Positions 50,750 through 61,456 of a stretch of DNA of 64,000 bases are shown here, in pieces (position 1 is the first letter of the stretch; each line of letters starts with the position of its first letter). Below the pieces are notes generated by a model. The model did not search any database, had not been told where the DNA came from, and saw only the letters and a program-made list of their open reading frames with translations. This stretch comes from Carcharhinus amblyrhynchos (taxonomy: Eukaryota): NCBI GenBank assembly GCA_965287045.1, contig OZ336880.1, positions 41,044,001 through 41,108,000 of the forward strand, given 5' to 3'. The translations under genes and the position numbers were made by a program.

Positions 50750-52816
50750 CTGTACCTAATGAACCTGGTACTCCAGAACCAACCAATGTTTCAGGAGAAA
50801 CTATCACACTTACTTGGTCAAGGCCAACATCAGATGGAGGAAATGAAATTAACCACTACATCCTCGAACGGCGTGAGAAGAAGAGTATGCGATGGGTCAA
50901 GGTTTCTAGCAAAAGACCCATTACTGAAACCAGATACAAAGTTGCTAATCTTACAGAAGGAAATGAATATGAATTCCGTGTCATGGCTGAAAATAATGCT
51001 GGAGTCGGTCCTCCAAGTGGTATTTCCAGACTTATTAAATGTCGAGAACCAGTTAACCCACCAGGTGCTCCCACAGTTGTCAGAGTCACAGACACAACAA
51101 AGACATCTGTAAGTTTGGAATGGACTAAGCCTGTCTTTGATGGTGGCATGGAAATTATTGGCTATATAATCGAGATGTGCAGAACTAGTCTTGAAGAGTG
51201 GCGTAAGGCCAACGTAGAAGCTTGTGTCAACACCAAATACACAGTTACTGACTTGGAACCTGGTGAAGAATATAAATTCCGTGTCTGTGCTGTTAATGGT
51301 GCAGGAAAAGGAGACAGCTGTGAAGTTTCTGCTCCAGTACAAGCTATAGATAGGTTAACCTCACCTGAAATTGATATTGATGCCAGTTTCAAACAAATAC
51401 ATATTGTTAAAGCTGGAGCTACAATTCAGCTGCAAGTTGCCTTCCAAGGCAGACCAGTTCCTATTGCCACCTGGAAGAAAGCAGGCTCTTCCATTGGAGT
51501 GCATGTTCATATTAATACAACAGACACAAGCAGTGTATTAATGGTGGAGAACTGCAATAGGTATGATGCTGGAAAATATACTCTTACTCTAGAAAACAAC
51601 AGTGGCAGCAAATCTATTACATTCACTGTTAAGGTACAAGACACTCCTGGTCCACCGGGACCAATTACCTTCAAAGATGTTACGAGAGGTTCTATTACAT
51701 TGATGTGGGATCCTCCTGTTCACGATGGAGGTTCACAAATTCATCATTATGTTGTGGAAAAGCGTGAAGCCAGCAGGCTTAGTTGGCAAGAAATTAGTGG
51801 AAAGTGCACTCGGCTGATCTACAGGGCACAAGAACTTGCAGAAGGAGTGCCATACTTCTTCCGTGTAATAGCAGAAAATGAATTTGGTCTTGGTGAGCCA
51901 TACGAAATGACAGAACCTATAGTAGCCACCGAGGAGCCAGCCCCACCTAAGAGGCTAGATATTGTTGACACAGGCAGAACCTCTGCCGTCTTGGCTTGGT
52001 TGAAACCAGAGCACGATGGTGGCAGTCATATTACTGGTTATCTAGTGGAGATGAAGCAAAAAGGTTCAGATCACTGGGTTGAAGATGGTCACACCAAAGC
52101 CCTTACTATTACAGTTGATGGACTTGTTGAAAACACAGAATATGAGTTCCGTGTCAGAGCAAAGAACGATGCTGGCTACAGTGAACCAAGGGAGGCATTT
52201 TCATCTGTTATTATTAAAGAACCACAGATAGAGCCTAAAGCAGATTTATCTGGAATCACCAATCAAACAATCACCTGCAAAACAGGCAGTGCCTTTACTA
52301 TAGATGTGCCTATTAGTGGACGTCCGGCTCCTAAGGTAATGTGGAAACTTGAGGAGATGAGACTTAAGGAAACTGAGAGAGTGAGTATCAAAACCACAAA
52401 AGAGAGAACCACACTGACGGTAAAGGACACTATGCGAGGTGATTCTGGCAAATATTATTTGACACTTGAAAACACAGCAGGAGTCAAGACCTTCACTGTA
52501 ACTGTTAATGTTATTGGTCGACCGGGTCCAGTTACTGGTCCTGTAGAAATCACATCCATTTCAGCAGAGTCATGTGTACTGTCATGGGCAGAACCCGAAG
52601 ATGATGGTGGCACTGAAATTACCAACTACATTGTGGAAAAACGTGAATCTGGTACTAGTGCCTGGCAGCTCATCAATTCCAGTGTAAAACGTACTCAGAT
52701 TAAAGTTACTCACTTGACAAAGTATATGGAATACAGCTTCCGAGTCTGTTCAGAGAACAGATTTGGTGTCAGCAAACCTTTGGAATCAGCACCTGTGGTT
52801 GCTGAACATCCATTTG
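50750..52816 (+). CDS. TTN: Titin exon (~ex339, A140-A146)
   Basis: CAG acceptor, TVPNEPGTP...AEHPF, donor GTAAGT; 2067 nt. Confidence 0.96.
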
Positions 52817-52927
52817 GTAAGTGAAAAAACGCAAACCATTTTGTAGTGCTTTTGTTTAAACATGCACCTAAAGAATGAGATCTGACAACAAAAAACTTGC
52901 TAATTTTGTTTTTTGGTTATTATGTAG

Positions 52928-53230
52928 TTCCACCAAGCCCACCAACCAGACCAGAAGTGTATTTTGTATCTGCCACTGCTATGTCTATTCGATGGGAAGA
53001 GCCATACCATGATGGTGGCAGCAAAGTTACAGGGTATTGGATTGAAAAGAAAGAACGTAACAGCATTCTCTGGGTAAAAGAAAACAAAATACCATGCATT
53101 GATTGCCATTACAAAATATCCACTCTAGTGGAAGGCTTGGAATACCAGTTCAGAGTTTATGCAATGAATACTGCTGGCTTGAGTAAAGCTAGTGAAGCTT
53201 CTAGACTAGTAATGGCTCAGAACCCTGTTG
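52928..53230 (+). CDS. TTN: Titin exon (~ex340, FN3 A147)
   Basis: TAG acceptor, VPPSPPTRP...AQNPV, donor GTAAGT; 303 nt. Confidence 0.95.
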
Positions 53231-53345
53231 GTAAGTACATACATAAGTGGAAGAAAAAGTATTATATTTTTGCAATTATACTTTTCTGTATTTGCAAATA
53301 GTTACAAATTGAAATTTAACTTTACTTTTGTTTGAATTTATAAAG

Positions 53346-53651
53346 ATCCTCCAGGTCAACCAGAAGTAACAGATGTTAATAAATCTTCAGTTTCAATAAA
53401 ATGGACTGTACCAATGTATGATGGTGGAAGTAAGATTATTGGATACATCGTGGAACGTAAACCTTATCATGAAGCTGGGGATGGTCGCTGGCTAAAGTGC
53501 AACTACACCTCAATCTCAGATACCTTCTACACTATTACAGGACTTAGTGACTCAGAAGTCTATGAATTCCGTGTTTTAGCCAAGAATGCAAGTGGAGTGA
53601 TTAGTACACCATCTGAATCTACAGGACCTGTCACTTGTAAAGATGAATATG
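53346..53651 (+). CDS. TTN: Titin exon (~ex341, FN3 A148)
   Basis: AAG acceptor, DPPGQPEV...CKDEY, donor GTATGC; 306 nt. Confidence 0.94.
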
Positions 53652-53758
53652 GTATGCCAAAGTCAGAAACACATCATAGACCTATACTAACTTTAATTCC
53701 CTTATGAAACAAAAGAAGTCTCTTTTAAGGAATACTGATGTTTTATTTGTATTTTCAG

Positions 53759-54049
53759 TTCCACCCAACGCTGAACTACACAGCAGGCTTCTTGGAGACC
53801 TGATTACTATAAGGGCTGGATCAGACCTGGTACTTGATGCTTTTATTGGTGGGAAACCTGACCCTAAAGTCTATTGGTCAAAGGGAGAGAAAGAACTGGA
53901 GCTTTGTGAAAAGATCTCTCTACAGTACACGAACAAGCGTGCTGTTGCTATTATCAAGTTCTGTGACAGAGATGACACTGGAAGATATACACTAACTGTG
54001 AAAAATCCAAGTGGAACTAAGACTGTATCTGTAAATGTTAAAGTATTAG
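53759..54049 (+). CDS. TTN: Titin exon (~ex342, Ig A149)
   Basis: CAG acceptor, VPPNAELHS...NVKVL, donor GTAAGT; 291 nt. Confidence 0.95.
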
Positions 54050-54154
54050 GTAAGTGTCCTGTTACAAAACATAAATACTTTTGGAAATATACTTCAAATA
54101 AAAAGTTATTTACAGGATATCATGTGTTTTAACTTGTTTTCAAACTCTGTTTAG

Positions 54155-54454
54155 ATTCACCTGGACCGTGTGATGGTCCACTTGCGATCAGCAGATTAAC
54201 AGAAGAGAAATGCACTTTGTCATGGAACATGCCAAAGGAAGATGGTGGAGCAGAGGTTACACATTATATTGTAGAGAGGCGTGAGACTAGCAGACTTAAC
54301 TGGGTCGTCGTTGAAGCTGAGTGCAAGACTCTTTCCACTGTTGTTACAAGACTTATAAAGAACAATGAATACATTTTTAGAGTAAGAGGCGTTAATAAGT
54401 ATGGACCTGGTGCACCACGGGAGTCTGAATCTGCCATAGCCAGAAACTCATTCA
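54155..54454 (+). CDS. TTN: Titin exon (~ex343, FN3 A150 / FN3-119)
   Basis: TAG acceptor, DSPGPCDGPL...ARNSF, donor GTGAGT; 300 nt. Confidence 0.95.
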
Positions 54455-54568
54455 GTGAGTAATATGTGATTTGTTTATTTCATATTTGCAAAGTATTATT
54501 ATTCATCTTAGTAATGCAATGGCAAAGATAATTCTGAAATCTAATGCACTTCAATTTGTTGTAAACAG

Positions 54569-54874
54569 CAATTCCATCACCACCTGGTGAACCGGAGGTT
54601 GTTGCGATTGGAAAGGAGCACATCATCATCCAGTGGTTGAAACCAGAAACCGATGGGGGAGCTGAAATTAGTAACTATCTTGTGGATAAACGTGAAAAAC
54701 GAAGTGTGCGCTGGACTCGAGTCAACAAAGACTTTACTATTTATGATACCAGACTCAAAGTTACAAATCTAATGGAGACTTGTGAGTACCAGTTCCGTGT
54801 TACAGCAGTAAATGCAGCTGGTTGCAGTGAGCCCAGTGAATCATCAAGCTACATCCTGTGCAAAGAACCAACAT
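54569..54874 (+). CDS. TTN: Titin exon (~ex344, FN3 A151)
   Basis: CAG acceptor, TIPSPPGEP...CKEPT, donor GTAAGC; 306 nt. Confidence 0.95.
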
Positions 54875-54967
54875 GTAAGCATTAGGTTTAACTTAACATT
54901 TTAAATTCTGATAATTGTGAATCTATACAAGTACTTACGAGCTTTATCTATTTAAAATAAATGACAG

Positions 54968-55273
54968 ATGTGCCTGCAGCACCTTCAGCACCAAGAGTTG
55001 TGGATACAACCAAACACAGCATTAGTCTAGCATGGACGAAACCCATGTATGATGGTGGTTCTGATATTATTGGCTATGTTCTTGAAATGAAAGAGGAAGG
55101 CATGGAACAGTGGTACAGAGCACATACTACAGCCAACTTAAGAAATACTGAATATACCATTACAAGTCTTACAACTAACAAGAAGTACTATTTCAGAGTT
55201 GCTTCTGTCAATATTAATGGAATGAGTGAATTCAGCGAGTCATCTGCTGAAATTGAAGCAGTCGAAAGAATAG
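54968..55273 (+). CDS. TTN: Titin exon (~ex345, FN3 A152)
   Basis: CAG acceptor with A-rich tract, VPAAPSAP...AVERI, donor GTAAGC; 306 nt. Confidence 0.93.
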
Positions 55274-55516
55274 GTAAGCAGCCTTATACAGGTAATTCAT
55301 ATAGTTTTGCAATTTTTAACACCATTTATGACATGATATCTAAGTTTAAAATAAAGGGTGCATATCTGATACTAAAAATATAATAACATTAAATTATAAC
55401 TGAAAGCAACTTAAACTTTATAATCCTGAGAAATTTTATCTGTAACACTTTCATTGTTGATAACTTCTTGAAGAACTTATCATTGGAAGAACTTGTTTTT
55501 CATTTTATTTTTCTAG

Positions 55517-55798
55517 AAATGCCTGACCTTGAGCTTGCAGATGATTTGAAGAAGACTGTCACTGTTAGAGCTGGTGGCTCACTGCGCTTAATGGTCTCGG
55601 TTGCGGGTAGACCTACTCCAATGATAACCTGGAGTAAAGCTGGTGTTGATCTTCGCCATCGTGGTATTATTGATATAACAGACTCTTACACACTGCTAGT
55701 AGTTGACAAGGTGAATCGCTACGATGCTGGAAAATACACCGTTGAGGCTGAAAATCCCTCAGGCAAAAAGTCAGCAACTGTAGTTGTCAAAGTATATG
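55517..55798 (+). CDS. TTN: Titin exon (~ex346, Ig A153; start of C11)
   Basis: TAG acceptor, EMPDLELADDLKK...VKVY, donor GTATGT; 282 nt. Confidence 0.95.
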
Positions 55799-55910
55799 GT
55801 ATGTAGAAAAACAATGTTTTTAATCTTTATTTTGTTCCTGTTGTTAGTTTGGACATTTTAAAACATACGGAGCAAATGATTAGGAACTAAAATATCTTCT
55901 GTATTCTTAG

Positions 55911-56504
55911 ATACACCTGGCCCACCTGGTGCTGTCAATGTGAAGGAGGTCTCAAGGGATTCTGTGGTTATCACATGGGATATTCCAACAATTGATGGCG
56001 GAGCACCAGTCAACAACTACATAATAGAGAGACGTGAAGCTGCTATGAGAGCGTTCAAGACAGTGACAGTTAAATGCAGCAAGACAATTTATAGGATAAC
56101 TGGACTTACTGAGGGAATGATGTATTATTTCAGAGTCTTGCCAGAGAATATGTATGGCATTGGTGAGCCATGTGAAACAGCTGATGCAGTCCTCGTCTCA
56201 GAAGTTCCTATGGTTCCACAGAAATTGGATGTCATTGATGTCACAAAATCTACGGTCACACTCGCTTGGGAGAAACCACTACATGATGGAGGCTCCAGAC
56301 TGACTGGTTATATTATTGAAGCATGCAAGGCTGGGACAGAAAGATGGATGAAAGTTGCAAATGTTAAACACACAGTCTTCGAACATACTATAATCTCGCT
56401 AAATGAGTCTGAACAATACCTGTTCAGAGTTAGAGCCCAGAATGAAAAAGGTGTCAGTGAATCAAGAGAAATTGTAACTGCTGTCACTGTAAAAGACCAG
56501 AGAG
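55911..56504 (+). CDS. TTN: Titin exon (~ex347, FN3 A154-A155)
   Basis: TAG acceptor, DTPGPPGAV...VKDQR, donor GTATGT; 594 nt. Confidence 0.95.
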
Positions 56505-56539
56505 GTATGTGTAGGTTTAAAATGATTTTTGATATTTAC

Positions 56540-57040
56540 TTTAGCTATTCTTTCTTGGGATGTGGTAGCACTGACCAGGCCAGCATTTATTGCCCATCCC
56601 TAACTTGAGAGGCTTGAGAGACCGTTTAAGAGTCAACCACATTGCTGTGGTCTGGAGTCATATGCAAGCCTTTACAGATAAGCATGGCAGATTCCCTTCC
56701 CTAAGGACATTAGTGAACCAGATGGATTTTTACAACAATCAATGATAATTTCATGATCAGCTTTAATTGAACTAAGATATATCAATTGAATTCAAATATT
56801 TCACCAGCTACCATGATGGAATTTGAACCTATGTCCCCAGAGAATTGATAAAGAGGCAGTGCTCCGAAAGCTCGTGGCTTGTGCTGCCAAATAAACCTGT
56901 TGGACTTTAATCTGGTGTTGTGAGACTTCTTACTATGCCTACCCCAGTCCAACACTGGCATCTCCACACCCCAGAGAATTTGCCAGGGCCTCTGTGTTAC
57001 TACATGTCCCATGACATTATCACTACACCATCATCTCCCC
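56540..57040 (-). mobile_element. tRNA-headed shark SINE-like element, interrupted at 56847-56968
   Basis: GGCCAGCATTTATTGCCCATCCCTAA, AAGAGTCAACCACATTGCTGTGG and GGACATTAGTGAACCAGATGG match a common elasmobranch repeat (recalled); B-box-like GGAATTTGAACC on the reverse strand near 56818. Confidence 0.75.
56847..56968 (+). mobile_element. 122-bp Penelope-type terminal-repeat insertion with hammerhead-like core and perfect 12-bp TSD
   Basis: CCCCAGAGAATT at 56835-56846 and 56969-56980; insert begins GATAAAGAGGCAGTGCTCCGAAAGCTCGTG, then AATAAACCTGTTGGACT..CTGGTGTTGTG. Confidence 0.75.
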
Positions 57041-57135
57041 TCCATATAGTAGTTAATAACCAATGTGTACTTACACTACTGTGAAATGGCATATAGTTTT
57101 ACTAAAATTGCCTTACTTTATTTCTTTCTTAACAG

Positions 57136-57423
57136 TAATACCAAAGATTGATTTGGCAGGCATACCTCAAAAGACCATCACTGTACATGCTGGCAGACCA
57201 ATTGAATTATCTATTCCAATTAGTGGCCGTCCACCTCCTGCTGCTACATGGTATTTTGAAGGAACCAAAGTAAAAGAAAATGATCGAACAAAAATAGAAA
57301 GACTAGCCAAGGTAGCTCAGCTTACTATACGTGAAACCACCATAGATGATACTGGAGACTACATGCTTGAGCTAAAAAATGCTGCTGGATCTGCTTCTGA
57401 ATGCATCAAAGTGATCATTCTTG
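57136..57423 (+). CDS. TTN: Titin exon (~ex348, Ig A156)
   Basis: CAG acceptor, VIPKIDLAGIP...KVIIL, donor GTAAGT; 288 nt. Confidence 0.95.
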
Positions 57424-57586
57424 GTAAGTGTTTCTGACAAACTATAACAAAAGTACATCTATATCAGTGTACTGTCCATGCCACTGTAATCATTTTTCAA
57501 ATCTTAGATTATTGTCTTCTAGTGTACTGTCTGCAGTCCTACTATCAGTTTTCAAGTGTTAGATAATTGTATTCATTTATTTTCAG

Positions 57587-57886
57587 ATAAACCAGGACCA
57601 CCTGCAGGCTCAATTCGTATTGATGAAATTGATGCCACCACTGTCACTATCAGTTGGGATCCCCCAGAGAAAGAGGGTGGTGCTGCCATTAGTGGTTACG
57701 TGGTGGAACAACGTGATGCTCATCGCCCAGGCTGGCTTCCAGTGTCTGAATCTGTTACCAGGAACACATTCAAGTTTACTAGATTAAATGAAGGCACTGA
57801 GTATGTCTTCCGCGTGGCTGCCACAAACCGCTTTGGTATTGGATCATTTTTACAGTCTAGCATTGTGGAATGCAAGAGTGCCATCA
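57587..57886 (+). CDS. TTN: Titin exon (~ex349, FN3 A157)
   Basis: CAG acceptor, DKPGPPAGS...CKSAI, donor GTAAGT; 300 nt. Confidence 0.95.
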
Positions 57887-58190
57887 GTAAGTACAACACT
57901 AAAATATTGTACTGGTAATTAAAAATGTCATGATATTCCATTATAGATCGTTTTATGTGAAAACCATCCTATGACTTTACAGTTTATTGATTGCGGTAAT
58001 TATTGTGGCCAATAGTTGCAGAAATGATGATAATACAGTAAAGGTTAGAGTCAGTAATTAGACAAATCTTTGGACATGCTAATTCTCACAAATTTATCAT
58101 GAGAGATACAATTTCAATCCAAAATATGTCCATTTTGAAATCTTGCAAGAGGGCTATGAAATCTTGGGAGCTTTCAAAATGCATTTAACT

Positions 58191-58846
58191 TGGGTAAAAT
58201 TGTGGGGAACAAAATGCCCAGATCTTTTGTTCCCTGGAGAGTTGTACCCCAGAAGATGTGCTTGGGAGGTCTCCCAGAGCTCGCCATGCAAGCACTGCTT
58301 GTGAATTGCTCAGGAAGTTTAAACATCTGATGGTAATTACCCTGCACTGGGAATGATCGGATATTCTGAATTAAATTGAAGACTTTGAATAATTCCAACT
58401 CTGTTAGCAGTTTAGCTATCCAGAACAAAATAAGAGCATTTAAACCACTGTCACACCCCCAATCTCCAATCTCTCAACTAACCTCCACCCTCCAACTACT
58501 CCTCCAACTACCCACCCACCCTCCCCACTACCCTGACAGCCCCCATCCCCATAACTCTCCACCTTCTCACTACCCCCATCCACAACTCTTCCCCCAGCCA
58601 CTCCCCAACCCCTGACCACCCAACAAACTGTCACCCACCACCACACACTTACCTTCTCTCCTTAGCGTGGCTCAGACCTTTAAATGACCTGATTTCCATC
58701 AGCGAGTGCTATAAAAAAGAGGTACCACTTTAGTTCCCTGATGATCATGCTCTGCAGAGAAAGACTTAAGGAGCTGCTGTGTTGCATATTTGTCACTATT
58801 TCTCACTTGGAATTCTGAGCAATGTGCAGCTCCAAACTTTTTGCAC
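58191..58846. mobile_element. Probable old TIR element with C-rich internal tract (58455-58650)
   Basis: Degenerate inverted ends (about 10/17), flanks ACT/AGT; 5' part resembles the reverse complement of 21210-21451. Confidence 0.4.
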
Positions 58847-59429
58847 AGTAAGATTGTTTAAAAATCTATTTCTTTGACCCAATTTTCCATCCAATTCCTT
58901 GTTTGCTGTTCATTTTCCTGGTGCCACCTGTAAGCTATCATAAGGCTGTTTTTCTACCTTATAGATGGTATGGAAATTTAAGTTATTGTTTCTCACCCCA
59001 GGTTAGACCAGAAGGAAATGTTTTACATAATCCATTTGTTTATTCAGAACTGAAAACAATCACAGCAGGAGTTCACTGGAATTTCTGCTATGTTTAAAGC
59101 CTCCCACCGTGTTTGTAACTTTGCTCCATTGAAAAATGGTTTAAAAGCTGCATCAACACAACATGAATATTTGCCCAGTAGGAGCCCCATGTAGTATTGT
59201 GTGGAAGGTCAGGAAGATCCCACATTCTTTCATTATTCTGTGCTAAACCAATCTCAGCTTGGCCTGCACCACAGTTTTATTTGTCTCTCTGTGCAAGTGA
59301 AACAGGGTTTTTAAAAATGGGTCAGGGGTGGTATATCTCAATTAGAAATTATCAGGGAGATCTTCCATGCTAATCCTGTGAGCATGCATGAGGATGGAGT
59401 GCCTGAGCCTCATTATACCTTCCGGACAG

Positions 59430-59520
59430 CTATAAATAAAGGTTGCACCGTGTTACATCACATTGTTACAATTGAGACAGATAACTTTTAAAATAAATTT
59501 GAATTTCCAGTTAACAGCTG
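59430..59520. promoter_or_regulatory. Candidate muscle regulatory motif cluster (MEF2, GATA, E-box)
   Basis: CTATAAATAA (exact MEF2 consensus, overlapping TATAAA) 59430-59439; AGATAA 59479-59484; AACAGCTG 59513-59520; motif evidence only. Confidence 0.3.
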
Positions 59521-60384
59521 AATAGCACAACAAGATTTCATGTTTTAAGGTGTTTAATATAACAAAAGACTAAAGGCACTATTGTTGTAAAAAAAACCTA
59601 TACTTTAAACCACAGAAGATAATATTCCCATCTTATTTTTAGTGCAACTGTAAAAACACACTTCACAGGTAGACAATATGTCACACTGGTCTCTGAATTC
59701 TCGCAGAATCCATCCCAAATGATTCTTAGCTTCTGAGGCTTTAATTCTGTTTCTTTTTCCCTTTTCTCAAAATGGTAACCCCGGAACTGTCCTACACAGT
59801 AAGAATATTAGTGGGATACTCCCTCTAATGCAAGCAAGGCAAATCTTCCAGCCTCGCTTTAACACTTGACGAATTTGTTCATTGAGCACAAGCTTCCTCA
59901 TTTCAGTGAGGTGAACCATAGAAACTATTTGTTTCTGGCTGCTGTCTCTCAGACTAACCTGAATATGATTGGTGGTGATATTTTAGGGAAACCTGGAATC
60001 CAAAATCACAGGGTCTTTCTCTGTACCCTCCCTATCTCAAAGCCTATCATCATGGCAATTTAATTTACTTGTGCCTATTACTCAGATAAATTACCTCTCT
60101 TTAATTGTGAAAGTAAATGGACAGTTTAAAACATAACTGTTTACAGCCGAGCAGTCTCAACTCTTTCCTGGGACTATGGAGAATCATAGAATACACCGGT
60201 TTAACACACAGGCCGCCACCATTGCCTCCATGTTCAAACATCTTGCACCTTCTTCCCAGTAAAATGATCTGGACCCCCTTCAATCTCAAACAATCAAACC
60301 TATCAGACAGACTTCACGACAGGTCACTCATTTTATCTTAAAGTAAAGGCATGGTCCCAAAACCAAACAATCTTATAAACCTCA

Positions 60385-60510
60385 TAATTGTAACAGCCCA
60401 TGGTACAGAAATAGACCATTGAGTAGAACTGCTCCATGCCAGCATATATGCTTTACGCCAGCGTCTTCCTCCCTTATTTCATCAAACCCTATCAGCATAT
60501 CCTATTAATC
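60385..60510 (-). mobile_element. CR1 3'-tail fragment
   Basis: ACAGAAATAGACCATT...TCCATGCCAGC.T.TATGCT...TTCATC.AACCCTATCAGCATATCCT resembles a reverse-strand CR1 3' UTR. Confidence 0.55.
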
Positions 60511-60544
60511 ATTTTTCCATCATGAATTTTGATCGCAATCTGAC

Positions 60545-60730
60545 ATGCTATTCTTGAATGAGCGATAGAAGCAGCTGCAACAGTAAACTTTAAAATGTAA
60601 TTAGATAAATATGCAAAGGGGATTTTTTTTACAGGGTTAAGGGGAAAAGCAGGGGCGTGTGACTGATTGGATAACTCTGTCAACACAGGTGAAATAGGCC
60701 AAATGATTGCCACCTATGCTGTATCATTTA
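60545..60730 (+). mobile_element. CR1 3'-tail fragment
   Basis: TAGAAGCAG...AACTTTAAAA..TAATTAGATAAATA...GGGGAAAAGCAGGGG.GTG.GACT.ATTGGATA.CTCT...GGCCAAATG...TGCTGTATCATT typical of CR1 3' ends. Confidence 0.65.
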
Positions 60731-61153
60731 ATGGTGGTGAGAGAGTGGACCCTTTTTAAACATGTGCAGGAATAACAGGTTTAGGAAAAAAAATGTTTTC
60801 AAAGTAATTTCAAACTCTGACCTATTATAGATTAAATATGCCATTAGTGAGCTTTGTAAACCAAATGACAAGCTATATTGGTTTATGCTTGAGAAAAAAG
60901 CTATTCATGATTTCTATACCAAATTGCTTCATCTTTAAGAGACTGTCTCTTGACTTACGAAATGGTTGGGTTGGCAAACCTGAAATGTTGCTTGATTGCT
61001 TAAGAGACTCTTTCCTGTACCAATGGAATTCTTCAAAATCAGAGTCATTAATACTCCATTATACTCCTAAAAATTATCTTTAAGAATCAGTTCCAGTGGA
61101 TCATTAAATGATTTTACACAAGGTGAAGTACATTCATCCTTTTTCCCCAACAG

Positions 61154-61456
61154 ATGTGCCTGCACCGCCTGGTACTCCTCATGTATTTGATACCTCTCGT
61201 GATGGCATGACAATTACTTGGGAACCACCCATTGAAGATGGCGGTTCGCCAATCAGCGGGTACATCATTGAACGGAAAGAACTCAAATCTGACCGATGGG
61301 TGAGAACCAATAAAGTACTTGTGACCATGACAAGATATCGTTCCACTGGTCTTATAGAAGGATTAGAATATGAACATCGCGTGACAGCCGTGAATGCAAG
61401 AGGTGACAGCAAACCAAGCAGACCTTCCAAGTCTGCAGTTGCCATGGACCCGATAG
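61154..61456 (+). CDS. TTN: Titin exon (~ex350, FN3 A158)
   Basis: CAG acceptor, VPAPPGTP...AMDPI, donor GTAATG; 303 nt. Confidence 0.95.

Noticed and set aside
56782-57012. 76-aa minus-strand ORF (MPVLDWGRHSKKSHNTRLKSNRF...)
   Set aside because: Antisense translation across a SINE and the Penelope-type insert; it crosses TSD boundaries.
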